Source: Asterias rubens
Taxonomy: Eukaryota
Direction of reading: 5' to 3'
DNA length: 64,000 nt
Assembly: GCF_902459465.1 (NCBI RefSeq)
Contig: NC_047071.1
Coordinates: 3,534,001-3,598,000 of the forward strand
Each line of letters opens with the position of its first letter. The stretch's first letter is position 1. The translations under genes and the position numbers were made by a program. Positions 1 through 16,811 of this stretch are shown here, piece after piece. The notes under the pieces were generated by a model. It was given only the letters and a program-made list of their open reading frames with translations, was not told the origin of the DNA and did not search any database.

Positions 1-4304
<4,304 letters not shown>

Positions 4305-6186
4305 ACTAAAGTTTACTCTAAATGTTGTCAATGTAATTTGCTGCAATGGTCTCGTTCCTTGAAGCTTTGTACAAACTCCAATTTAAGTCGCCTTGTACAA
4401 AAGACAGAAGGTTGTCCTTAATGTATTATATGTAAGAGTAGAACCCATAAGAATAAAAAACAACTCACTCAGTTTTTTCCCCCATGAATCCTTGGCAATT
4501 TTGGGCTGAAACTTTCATGATAACTATATACTTGCAGATCATTTTGTGTCATGAATTGTATAATAACACAGATCCAAACCTCAGGGGTATGCAATTATAT
4601 AATGAGCACTTTGGTTGCCACCGTTTACTGTTTTCCTTTCCTACCATAATATATCACAATATTAAACTTTTATTGATAAAATCATGCTTGGGTGATTTTT
4701 ATTTAAGAAAAGTTGCATTGTTGTAGTTTCAGCTGATTTATTATAACTCTCAGACTATTTAACGTTCACAGTAACTTTACAAAACTTTATCTCCATTTTA
4801 TTTCCGCCTGCAGAAATTACCACAGTTTTAGGCAATTTATTTTCATTTACTCTCAGTAATTCTAAGTTTATATATGCACCCAACACTAAGCCCCCAAACA
4901 GGCCTATGTCATCTTGGAAGGTTCACGTCCAAAGTGTAAAGTTCCAAGTCTTACAAGAATTTGAGAATTGTCTTCATTCACCTAAAATTGAGGAAGTTTT
5001 CAGAGGCTTTTCAATTTTTCAGTAATCAACAAGTTAAAGCTCTGACAATTTTGTATGCGTGTCTACGATACCTCATTATAGTGGACCCCAATTGTTAAAT
5101 TTAGACTATCTGCCAATCACCAAGAGAGGGCACTCTCCACCAGGTAATGTCAACAACTTACTAATAGGAGAAGCATGAGTGACGGTCACTGACAGCAAAT
5201 ACCTTGTGTTTTGCGTGTTTTTGATTTTGTATTTAGATTTAGCCAAACTGTATTTTGTTTCTCATAACACAATGCCAGCATAAACCAAACTGTTCTGGAA
5301 CAGGACGTACTGGACACGAGTTCCCCTATGATAACAAGCGGTGTGCATGAGGTTTTGGGAGTGTTTCTTCTAGGGTAATTAGCAAAAATTCCAAAATGCT
5401 GACCTACCAAAAAATGAGAAGAAATCTGAAGTTTAGTTGTATGACAATGTATCTGATTTAATTTTCAAGAGACTGAGAGACTTCTAAATATTTTTTGAGT
5501 ATTTTTGAATGTTAAGCATTTACCATTGTTTGCTATAGGAGTTGTGCACCCTTGCCTGGTAAGTCTGCTGCCCTCTAGTGCGGAGCTTTCAAAAATTCTC
5601 CCGAGGAGATGGTGGTAAATAATTAGTACTTATTGAATCGTTTTTGTGTAATAAAACTTTTTAAGAAAAATACAACAAGTACGTTTTTATTTTATGTGAA
5701 TTTGTTTATTTTTATATCGAACCTGATTCTGTTAATTAAAGCATGCAGCAAATGATTTTATGAAACAGTTCTTTGTGTGTTTCTATATTCTGTTAAATGA
5801 CATTGACACCTTGGAAGGCGAATAAGGATGTGTTGAAAATGCCTGCAGGTGGAATTATTAGAACACGTTTTTCGATGGTCTGCTCTACCAGAATTATGAG
5901 TTTGCAATCAAAGTAACTATAGGCCTTTATAAATTACCCTTTCATAAGACTCAAAACTAATCATGTTTCCAAATCATGAATACACAGGACTGGAATATCT
6001 GCAGTAATCATACATACAAGGCCATTGTCTGTTGTTTCAACAAAATAATGATCTGTTATACTTAAAGTAAAATGAGCAAACAATGTCCACTGGTTCCTAG
6101 GAGAACGGGTCATAAATTGATATAACAACCAGGTTACCACGAAGTATGCTACAACTTAACTCCGTCATGATCTCCGCTATCAACCA

Positions 6187-6378
6187 GGGATCAATTTCAT
6201 AAAGCCTGTAAAGCACAAAGACTTGCTAAGCGCAGAAAAGTATTGCTTAACAGAAATAGGTTACCAGCAAAAATTACATTACATTTAAATCATTGTAACC
6301 GGTGCCTCGATAAACTTTTGCTTAGCAAAGAAATTTGCCAAGCAGTATTTTCTGCTTAACAGCTTTATGAAATAGAAG
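6187..6378. mobile_element. MITE with GG..CAATTTCATAAAG-type ends (Harbinger-like)
   Basis: GGGATCAATTTCATAAAGC ... GCTTTATGAAAT, with internal inverted GCTAAGC / GCTTAGC motifs. Confidence 0.55.
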
Positions 6379-6669
6379 GTTTGGTAAGGGGGTGACCGGC
6401 TACATGTTTTACACCAACATTCGTTGTGTGTTACAATCCTGGTGAAATATCTGACATGTATATCATAACTGTTCTACAAATAAACAGAACCATTATTGTT
6501 TTTTATCTGTGGTTAATATTGATAATGATTAACGAAACATAATCATTCAATCCACAAACCGCGCTGTATTTTGATCTTTGTTGAGATCAATCTCATTATG
6601 CAGTGATTTGGTTTACAACAGCAAGAATACCAATTTCTGTTTCTGTTTCGATGAGAACCAAAACGTAAA

Positions 6670-9600
6670 ATGGAAGTGTTAGGCAAATGGCTAATTGGAA
6701 TAATGTTGGTCTCGGCTATGACTGGTAAGTTAAATTACCTCGTTCCATATTGTAATAATAACTTAACACTAAACACATTTATAGTGAAAACGCCCACTCA
6801 CTAGAATTGTGATACTTCAATATTTTTGTTCAACAAAATTGTCTCGTTTCCTTTGCATTGCGATCTTTCTGAACAATTTACATGCTAAAAACAAATATAT
6901 ATACTCAGTCTTTTTGGAGATTTATGGTACAGATTACAGTCCATTTTTCAGAAACCATTTAAACCATAATTTCAAATGAAATGCAAAGTTCTAATTTATA
7001 CTTGACCATAATCAGGTTTAACTATAGGAAGGTTAAAGGTCTATGAGCAGAATGCAGAGCTGTGGTGATTGGGACAGTAACTATAGAAAGTATCATTTTG
7101 GGTGTCAAGCGGGGGCAACACATTGGGGTGGCTTTTTAATAAACCAAACCAAACCAATCTTATTGGGTGGAACAGGGGGTAGCAAGAATAGTTTCCCCAC
7201 CCCTCCCGGCTTGGTGTGAGCCTCTTTAAGATGCTCTTGTTTCTTTGATTAGGAAGTTCAGCATCCAGCGGAGTGACACGCTTTATAGAGGACCATTTTC
7301 TTCCGTATTCTTGTGACGTAGACGAGGGTACATCATGTGAGATGGACCATGCTGATCCAAACCGTGTCTTGATGAAGTTTCTTCAGCGACAGATGGGTGT
7401 AGGTAAGATGGCGTTTGTGCCTGCCGTATTTTCGATGGAAATGATTGATAATCTAAAATTTGGCTCTTGCAAATTAATATTTGATGTTTTGGGGTATAAA
7501 GCATCAGTCATTTAAGAGTCGCGACAATGATTATGATTCCTAACCATCCCTTTCAGTATGCACAAACAACCAAGGCCTTTTGTGAAATAGCGTGGACAGG
7601 AAATAAAATAGCGAAAAATGTTTTAAATTTGAACAAGAACCGAGTGTTTGTGGCCCAACCGGAACAACATAGAGCGATATTGTGCTTTCCCCAGGTGTTG
7701 TCTATACGATCCCTGTTCTTTAATCTTTCTTGTTAAAAACAGTGAGATGCACCCCACAAAGCCAAAACACCCAACAAGTTAAGTTCCTACCTACAAATTA
7801 CCCCACAATGTATATCGTGTAAGCACAGGCAGTCTTGGGACAACCAAGATGTCTGTGTTTGGGACAGACAGAAAACGAAATGTTTGAAACAGAAAAAAAA
7901 ACCGAGTGTTTTGGGCAAACATGGAACAATAAATTTCAGACGGAAAAGAAATAATCAAACTTGCAAAATAAGTGTTCAATCATTTTGTTGTCGATTACAC
8001 AGATCCTAATCTACGAGCACGTGCTTCAGAAACCAATGCTACTGGATTTGAATGTGACTTCCAACCTGATGCTCCTATTGGTCCACCAGTTCCATTTATG
8101 TGTAACTGGGAGTTAGAGACCAACGATGCTGCAAACTGGGAACCAGGGAGTATTGTTTGGAACGCTTTAACACAAGAAGAAGGACCATTTTTAGGTAAGT
8201 TTAAACAGACTTTGTGATAAAAACTACTTTAATTTCTGAGTAGTTTTTTTTCAAAAACGGCAAAATAGGAACACCTTTGATGTTTACTCTTAAAGATGTT
8301 TGGAAAATACAATTAAAAATCATCCATGTGAAGACATCGATCTAAAAGTCATCAATGCTGGACATGTGTTGACTATGCAGCGAGCGAGAACAGTATTATT
8401 CAAACTACTGGACCAATCACAGAGCTTGTTCTTTTTGTAGGTGCTTATGCTATATCTCGTTTGAACAGCCAAACAGCGATGGGTAAGACCAGCCTATTGG
8501 CTCCTATGATGCATAGCCGGACTGACGTCACAACAGTAGCGTTGTTGGATGTGGACTATTACATACGTGGTGAACCAAAAGGTAAGTACTAGAGACAATG
8601 TAGAATGGTATAATAGTTAGAATTCGACAAAATCGAAGTTTAAGCATAAAGCAGCTCCATGAAATTTGGCGCTGTTCGTACTTATATACCATTTTACACT
8701 TAGAAGTGTCATGTCCTTGACAACAGAAGAGGAAGTATGCTGCTACGTGATTTATTCACATATTAAATACCTAATAAAAAAGTAGTAGTTAATTCAAAAG
8801 TGTAACATTTGAATACTATTGAATACTACAATGATAAAACACATTGTCTTGCTAATTAATTGTTTGACTTGTTTTAATTGAGAAAATTGATAAATAATTC
8901 AATTACTATATTGTGGTTTTTCCCCTTAGATTGCATTCTAAGTATTAAACTGCTGATGGAAAATAAAGAGCGTATTTCCTTGTGGTCGACTGAAGACAAT
9001 TTCCCTGAAACTGAGCAATGGATTAATGTACGCTTCTTGGAGTTTCACCCACCACTGTCTTACCAGGTTTGTTTCAGGTCGTTAGCTGTGGTTGGCATGG
9101 GAGTTAAGCCCTGGAATCAATTAATATACTAAACAAAATATGCTTCTCATACAGTGACGTAACTAATTGATGTACGTGCCCCCCCCCCCCGCCCCAATTT
9201 GCAATCTGGCATTTTGAGATTAAAAGTTAAACAGTGAGTAACATGCTTATTTCAGTGTTTTAAAAATTATTTTTCAATTACACATGTGTTTCTTTTTGTA
9301 CCGCCACCTCAGATTATTTGATGAAATTAATCGCATAACAAGAGTGACGAAAAGAAAGGGGGGCTTGTATAAAAGGAACTGCTAAGTTTTTTTATTGGCA
9401 GAAGTGCATCCCTGAGAAAAAGAACGGCACAGCCCTTCGTATTGGCCTAAAATATGGCGCTGTTTTCAGACAATGGGAGACTAATGTCAGATATGAATAA
9501 CACAATGTTTTATGCTGTATGTAACTGTCTTTCACAGATTGTGTTTGAAAGTACAATGACCCCTGGTGCAGTAGACAGACCCTATGTTGCACTGGATAAC

Positions 9601-12600
9601 ATTGTCCTACGCTCAGGAGGTAGGATACAATACTTCCCCTTTTAAACGAAAAACGATCCTCACATGAAATTGCTTGCACAAAGTGTTTTCTTTTCCAAGA
9701 ACTATAGGCATTACCAATGGCGGTTCAAGTGTAACTCCATCAAATTGTAGGCATCGACAGTAATTAAGAGACGATCAATTTTAAAATAAAACGTAATATA
9801 AACAATGCTCATAATAAAATATTGTCCTATTTCATTGTGAAATAGCAATACTGAATACTGACCCACAGCATGCCACAAAATGTGACTCACAACCTCGGTT
9901 TGGCTGCAGTTGATCTGCGTTTGTAGAAAACAAAATGGCCGCACTAAGGTGCTAATGTAGCATTGAAGGAGTGTTAAGGCCCGGTCACACAGGCCCCGAT
10001 AACGATAACGAGAACGAAAACGATAACGATAAAAATGCACGCTCGCGATTGGTTGAATTGCTCCACGCAGAATACGCCCACGCTCATTCAACCAATCGAG
10101 GGCGTGCATTTTTATCGTTATCGTTTTCGTTCTCGTTATCTGGGCCTGTGTGACCGGGCCTTTAGGAGGAGTGAAGAGATTTTATCTGCGCTGTGACTTT
10201 TCATTGCAACTTTAAAAAAAAAAATCCCAATGTATAGTTGTGTTTGTTGTGCTTAAATTCAGCTCTTCCATCAATGTATGATTGCGAGGAAGCCGGTACA
10301 TCCCTCACAGATGACTGTGGACTCATTGAAGTGAGTGATGATAACTTCTGGTCGAGGGGGGTTGGTGCCACGCCCACATCTGGGACAGGTCCGTCGGTAG
10401 ATCACACACTAGGCACGGCAGACGGTATGATACTTTGTTTTCAAACTGCTTAATATTTCATTAGGTGTTTACGTCACTTGAATTCTCTATAAACCAGAAA
10501 GGGAATCGAGTACCTTTCTCAATTTACTTTTCTTCATTGTATGATTGTAAACTATAACTGGTTCCATCAAGCGAATTATAACAGTCTGGGCATATAAACG
10601 ATGGACAAAGGGTCTGCCACGATGCTAAACATCATGACAGTAATAGGTCCACGAATAGCAAAGAACACTATGGGTTTTGCTCCTGACCCCAAACTCCAAT
10701 AGACGATCCTGAACCTGCAACGTCCTTCTTGACTTATCGTAGAAGGAAAGTTTTTGTGTAATATTGTAAAAACAAAACACCCAATAAGTATCATCTCGAT
10801 AAGTCATTGTCTACCATTTTGTTTATAGGTGGTTACTTATACATAAAGTCAAGTGAGATGTCTGCTACATCGATAGCATCATTACAGAGTGTTGAATATT
10901 ACAAATGGAGTGATCAAACACCATGTACCCTCAGGTTGTACTACCATGCACTAGGGGCTAATCTTGGATCTCTCACTGTAAGAATAAACTCAACCCAGTC
11001 GGTTGACTTGATGGAGTCTATCACATTAACAAACGCAGATGACTGGATTTCATATGACGTGGATTTATCTACTGTATCGGGAAGATATCGAGTAAGTATA
11101 AAACGGGGACCATTTTGGAATTGGGGATGGTTAGTTGGAGGGGTAGATGCTGGCACTTGCCTTCCCCTGCATAACAAGGGGGCCATGAGTTTATGCCCCT
11201 GATTTGTTCATCAAATAAAAAAGGAACACATTTTTAAGACTGCTGTAAATGTTGACACCCCTCAAAGGTGTACATTTCATTTCGGTCAAGCTGATTTCAT
11301 GTCCACACCTTACGGAAACCGAGAACAAAACAAAAAAGGGAAACCAAGGAATTGTGTGTACAAAGTCTATGGGAGGTTCTTCACAAAAGGACAAGGGAAA
11401 GAACAAAAGATGTCTCCACAGAGATGAAAAAAAATGGGCATCTATGTTTACTTTGTTAAACTACTTTGCTTTATTTTCGACTAGATTATATTTGAAGCAA
11501 CAGCGACAGGACCTGAGGGCGATATAGCCTTAGATGATATTGAGTTTCAGCACAGTCAATGCATGGGTAAGATTTATCATGTATTCTGCTTGGATAGTGT
11601 GATTGTTGAACCATTCTATGTCAGACTTTGTTCCGTTTATGTGTGGCCGTTTCGAACCAATTTACCAAAGACGGCTTTGAACAGCTACTTTGTTGAGTAA
11701 AGAATATGTTTTTGTGTTAATATTACTATTTTCAATAGAAAAATCAAGATATCGAAAGATTACTATAGTTCAGTCGGTAAGAGGGATATTCAGTCTGCAA
11801 CTTGTAGAGAGTGATTCTTACTATTGTTTTAAAAGCTGCCATCATTTTATCGATATTTTTTTGCATAGGAGTGGACTTTTGCCGAAGTTTTCCTTGTCTG
11901 AATGGTGGGTCGTGTACCCAGACGTCACAAGACGACTTCCAATGCGGGTGTGCTAAAGGATACGACGGACTCGACTGTAGCACCAGTAAGTGATGACCAA
12001 CGCGACCGGTATCGTTCCCTTTTTTTTGGGGGGGGGGTCGATCACGCTGCACCAAATGCCCGGCCAATATCCACAGACGAGGTTTTAATGCTTCCCACGG
12101 CATTAATGCCTCTGTGCATTCTTGATCGTTGTTACAGGAGTCAAAACAACAGCCATGTTCAAGACAAAGCCTTAAGCTTGACACACTCCAAGCACTTCCG
12201 GGTAAAAATTTACCCAAATATATGGGTACCATGGGGCCTGAGCAAGGGGTCAGTGTGACCCAGTCTTCATGAAAATGACCAATAAATGGGTCAAACTGAC
12301 GCGGAATCTTTTTAGCACTTTCCGGGTCAACCTGACCCAGAAATGAGTCAGGCCTTGAACCGGGAATGGGTCAAACCCGAGAGTTTTAAGAGTAAACTTC
12401 AAAGAGTACACGATTCAATCGCCGTAAAAACTGATCATCTTCTAATTTTTCCCAATTTTTAGATATCGACGAGTGCAACCTCGACCCCTCACTCTGCAGT
12501 TACGATCCATTGAGACTTTGCCAAGATAAGTCCCCTGGATATGAGTGTGTGTGCAAGCCAGGGTACATGGAATTTAAAGGAAGATGCATCGAAGGTAAGT

Positions 12601-14048
12601 TCACGAAAAGCAAACAAAAAAACATACATCTTGTTCTCTTGTTGAAGATTTAAAGAACTTTAATCAGATAAACATCACAAAATTATGTAGTTCGATCATT
12701 AATTGACTTATTTCTCATCAAAACACTATTTTTAAAAGGTGCCCAGCAGCTACAAAAAATACTATACACAAATTAAATTAAGACATAATAAACATTTTTA
12801 CATAACAGACTGTACAGAGACATAAAACTTAAAGGAAGACCTAACATAATTTGTTTTCCTTTTGTCTTCTAGGTTGTTCAAACCATCCTTGTACTCGTGA
12901 TAATGAGACATGTCTACAGAATGACAATGGATTTACTTGTATATGTAATTATGGTTACATCGACTCCATTGATGGACAGTGTATTAGAGGTATGTATGTA
13001 AACAAGTTGCCTACTCCTTCGTCATAAGAAATTGCAACATGACTTGTACATAAAGAGCAGCTTGAGTCTACCTCTTAATCTACTACACAAAACCAACATT
13101 CAGTTAATGGGTCAGTTACGTTAACGTCAGCCAATTTTGAAACTCACTGCCGAAACATTTAGATCATCAGCTCACGCCACAAACAGGCACTGAAACTAAC
13201 TGAGAGTGAAAAGTTGCATTATTATGCCTTCATTGTGCAGCAGCATGAAGCTACAGTGGATTGCCACAAGCTGATTCAAAATGGCTGAAGAAAGGACTTC
13301 CAATTTGCAAATGCATGGTTGTACAGAATGATAAAATCAGCACTCAAATACCTATAAAAGTCATAATGTACAAGTCATTATCTCTCAATGATACTTGAAA
13401 TATAATCGCACACTTGGACATTGATAACCAGTTACACAAACATAGAGCAATAATGATTACTTTTGTTATCAGTTGTTTTGGTTTCAACAGGAAAGAAACA
13501 ATTATCGAAAACGCTTGTCATGTTGTGTCCAAACGTGATCACTGGTATCATTATGAAACAAATCAGTTTTTACTCTTGGTTTGGTTTTACCCTGCACCAA
13601 ATGTGTGTTCGCACTGTATATTCAGTACTTTCCCGAGTTCTGTGAACAAACATCACAGGCATACTCGGGTTGGATTCGAACCCACGACCGTTGCCAATCT
13701 ATTAAGTAACTTTTAGTCACCATAGATTGTTTGTTTGTTTGTTTTCTTGTTCTGTCTATAGACAAGTCTGATGTGGAGTCAGGTATAACACCCTACACAG
13801 AGAAAGTCCTAGTTGGAACCTACGTGGGAGGATTTCTTCTCGGCCTATCGGTAGCTCTACTGGTCATTATATGTCATTTCTCATTTTGTGATGAACGTGT
13901 AGATGGTGATGATAGAGATGATTTTGTGGGAGAGACAGACAAACATGACTCTGAAACTCCGGAAAAGAAAAGCTCAAAATCTGACATGAATGGAGGATTT
14001 GAAATGGAGGTCCTTGACTCGAACTCAGATGAAAATATTAATCATTAA
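6670..14048 (+). CDS. MAM x2, EGF x3, single-pass membrane protein (638 aa as assembled)
   Basis: Exons 6670-6724 (signal peptide MEVLGKWLIGIMLVSAMT), 7253-7402, 8003-8194, 8441-8581, 8930-9066, 9538-9619, 10263-10424, 10829-11091, 11485-11566, 11869-11985, 12463-12594 (Ca-binding EGF, DIDEC), 12873-12989, 13762-14048 (TM VLVGTYVGGFLLGLSVALLVII). Total 1917 nt with consistent phases. AATAAA at about 14096. Confidence 0.9.
9977..10161. mobile_element. PIF/Harbinger-like foldback MITE
   Basis: TIR AGGCCCGGTCACACAGGCCC, TTA on both flanks, near-palindromic 185-bp body. Confidence 0.8.
13560..13715 (-). mobile_element. tRNA-derived SINE (second family), partial
   Basis: GGATTCGAACCCACGACC and TTTTACCCTGCACC segments match the 30775 copy. 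Confidence 0.55.
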
Positions 14049-14966
14049 CATTAAAATCTAATGAGTTATAATTATGGTCTCATATTTTCTTTTAAAATAA
14101 ATGTGCTTTTTATTTACACTGCCAACTAAGAAGACTCGAGAAACATTGTTTAAAAACAACGACTGAACGATTCCTAGTGAGATTGATATTGGTTTATAAG
14201 AGAATGGTTTTAGGTCAAAGTTTTTCAACACTCAAGTACCATGTACAAATTTAAAAAAAACTGTTTATTAAAAACTTGCGCACGTTAAATTTATACAAAA
14301 AACACTATTGGTCTAACTAAAAAAAAAAAAAAGGCTTCCCAAACAATGTTTTTAGATCCATTAGTGTGTGTATCAATAAAGGAGAATGTGAGACACCTTG
14401 CCACAGGATAATATCACGTGATTTGACACATCACATTCACAATGGGCGTGGCTTTCTTATCAAAACTAAAACCATTTGACTAATTCCTAATCTATAACCG
14501 TGATTTTTGTTCACATTTTCGTGAACAAAAATGGAGGATACACGAGCTACGAGAGTTTCTGATAAACACACGATTTACTCTTGGTTTGAAATTACACAAG
14601 CATTAAGTAAATATTTACAACACGACCGCTTTGCCTCCTCTTCTATGTACAATCTTAACAAGAGGCTGAGACAAGTTTCTTCTTTGCATACATTTGGTTT
14701 GTCTTTCTATATTCTACTACCGCGAAGTAGATTTAAGGAATTCTGGAGTTTCATCCTCACGTTGTTCCACAACTTATGTACAAATCGTTCGGAACTCTAA
14801 CAAAAAGTCTCCGAATAGATTTTACACCATCAGATGAATAAATAAACTATCGAAAATAATAAGATTCTTATTAATACTTTAAAGTCATATAATAGTGTCC
14901 AAATATATCTAAAGGAAAACTATGCTGTAATGTTACATATCATACAGCATCAAAACAATTAGGCAT

Positions 14967-16811
14967 TCATTGTGATTTGTGAACTTTTCCAAGGCGTGTC
15001 CATGCATGGAATGCAACCTCAGCGGATTGGAACCTATACAAAGTATTGGCGGGAAAAACAACCGCCATAATTAACAGTGAATGGTTACCATACCATCCGT
15101 CAATAATAGGCACAAAGATAACCGAATTCCATTCATTTATTAAACTGTCAACTAACCACAGAAGAACATTAGCAATAATTATATACATTAAAACTTTTCG
15201 AGCAAATGATCTGGATTTGCCTTCGACTTCAAATCGTTGGATATTAATGAGGAACTCTGTTTGTATCCATGCCTCTACTATGTTTGTTATAGCAAAGATA
15301 ATTGCCAGAGCGAGTGTCCATTCATTGGTTTCCGAATTCGAAGTGAACATAAACCCCAATGATGCCCAGATACGAAAAAATGATATCAGAAAGATTGGAC
15401 AGGCCGTAATGAGCAAAACATAATCAACAACACTGAGATCATCCTTACGAAACCCAACTCTAGGTTTCAATCTCTTCCGGGTCATCACCATGACAACAGG
15501 GAGGGTCACAAAGGTCGGGATGAGCGAGTAATATTGCAAGTACTCACTGGCTTCTTTTGTTATTACTTGTCCCATGTAATGGCCGCTGAAAACCAACTTC
15601 AGTAAACTTAGACATGGGATAAGATAAACGAAATACCAAATAATATTACTGTATTTTTCGCACAGTGTATATCTCGTCACCTTTGAATGCGGAACTGCAG
15701 TTGAACCATAATTTCCGCCAATCTTTTTAACCGGTTTGGCGGTCTCCGAGATGAAACTTGATTCTTGATAAGTTCCCGATCCTTCAAAGTGGCCATTGCT
15801 TCGTCCAAGGTCTAAAGAAGCTGGATTATTGTTTGAAAGATTCTCTCTTTCCCTCAAGGTACTGTTCTGTGTCTGTGCTTGTTGGGAAGATGGCCATAGG
15901 TTGGCGAGAACACCTATCGACACCATCGCGTACTCCGTGTATAAACCCTTCAGGTAGAACTGAACCTCATCAACTACGTAAACAAAGTGGCTGTGATTTG
16001 CGCAACATTTCTTGAAACTCATTCTAGTATTGGTATTACTGCAATTCACATCTACATCATCAACATCATATATCGTGATTAAAGGAGAGACGAGTTTACC
16101 GAACCACCACCATGCCTGCAGTCCTACTATTGCACTTATAGCAAAATGAAACAAGACACGGTTAGCAAACACAGCCTTGCTATACATTCGGAAAAACATC
16201 AACTGAAGGCAAACAGCTACCAAGTTGGTGAAGTGATCAACAATCACAACCCATTCAAGAGGGACTGACTTAGTAAAACCAATCAACATGCAGTGAACAT
16301 CACTGGCAATCTCAAGTGAACGAAACACACAGCTCCCAATGCCAAACGTGTATAGAGTAATCAGCATCGATGATTCGTCAGAAGGTACTGTAACGTCATG
16401 CGTCTCAGTTTGGCGTTGGTTCCCATCACCAACCAAGTTATCAAGTTCAATATGTTCATTGTTATTGGAGCAAAACCAAGAAACATAACCAAGACGATGC
16501 CAAGTATCCTTTTTAATGATAAAATAAACCAAGAGTGTATTAATGAAGATAGCGTAGACGATTCTTGGTGCGTGCATGAAAATCATCCATGAGTCGAATT
16601 CTTCATTTGAGATTGTACTATCAACAGCCACCGAGATACCTAGCGCTGTAACAAACAACACAATCAGACCACGTGTAACTTGCATGGTGGAATTGTCTAC
16701 AACTGGTGTCACATCATTACTTGGGAAGGTTTGTGCAAGAAGGTTGGATGTAGCACTTTCTGATTCTTTGTTGGAATCCGCAAGATTTGAATCAGCTATG
16801 TTTGCATCCAT
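14967..16811 (-). CDS. Otopetrin-family proton channel-like protein, single coding exon (614 aa)
   Basis: Long ORF with multiple TM segments and otopetrin-like motifs (LYTFGIGS, LQLMFF, LYTEYAM, IQTEFL, ANVLLW, FPANTLYRFQS). The ORF-track extension upstream of MDANI reads as a polypyrimidine tract plus AG acceptor, so ATG 16811 is the likely start. Confidence 0.85.
   Translation of the reverse strand: MDANIADSNLADSNKESESATSNLLAQTFPSNDVTPVVDNSTMQVTRGLIVLFVTALGISVAVDSTISNEEFDSWMIFMHAPRIVYAIFINTLLVYFIIKKDTWHRLGYVSWFCSNNNEHIELDNLVGDGNQRQTETHDVTVPSDESSMLITLYTFGIGSCVFRSLEIASDVHCMLIGFTKSVPLEWVVIVDHFTNLVAVCLQLMFFRMYSKAVFANRVLFHFAISAIVGLQAWWWFGKLVSPLITIYDVDDVDVNCSNTNTRMSFKKCCANHSHFVYVVDEVQFYLKGLYTEYAMVSIGVLANLWPSSQQAQTQNSTLRERENLSNNNPASLDLGRSNGHFEGSGTYQESSFISETAKPVKKIGGNYGSTAVPHSKVTRYTLCEKYSNIIWYFVYLIPCLSLLKLVFSGHYMGQVITKEASEYLQYYSLIPTFVTLPVVMVMTRKRLKPRVGFRKDDLSVVDYVLLITACPIFLISFFRIWASLGFMFTSNSETNEWTLALAIIFAITNIVEAWIQTEFLINIQRFEVEGKSRSFARKVLMYIIIANVLLWLVDSLINEWNSVIFVPIIDGWYGNHSLLIMAVVFPANTLYRFQSAEVAFHAWTRLGKVHKSQ

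Noticed and set aside
4700-5700. Possible transposase remnant between the MAM genes
   Set aside because: No ORF or catalytic motif is recognisable and I could not define any termini.
9971-10153. ORF with DNDNENENDND repeats and overlapping 132-aa minus-strand ORF
   Set aside because: Translation of the Harbinger-like MITE's internal simple repeats.
13491-13544. Possible 54-nt phase-1 cassette exon in MAM gene 2
   Set aside because: AG and GT boundaries exist, but the peptide (KKQLSKTLVMLCPNVIT) fits no domain and the donor is weak. Unsupported without RNA data.
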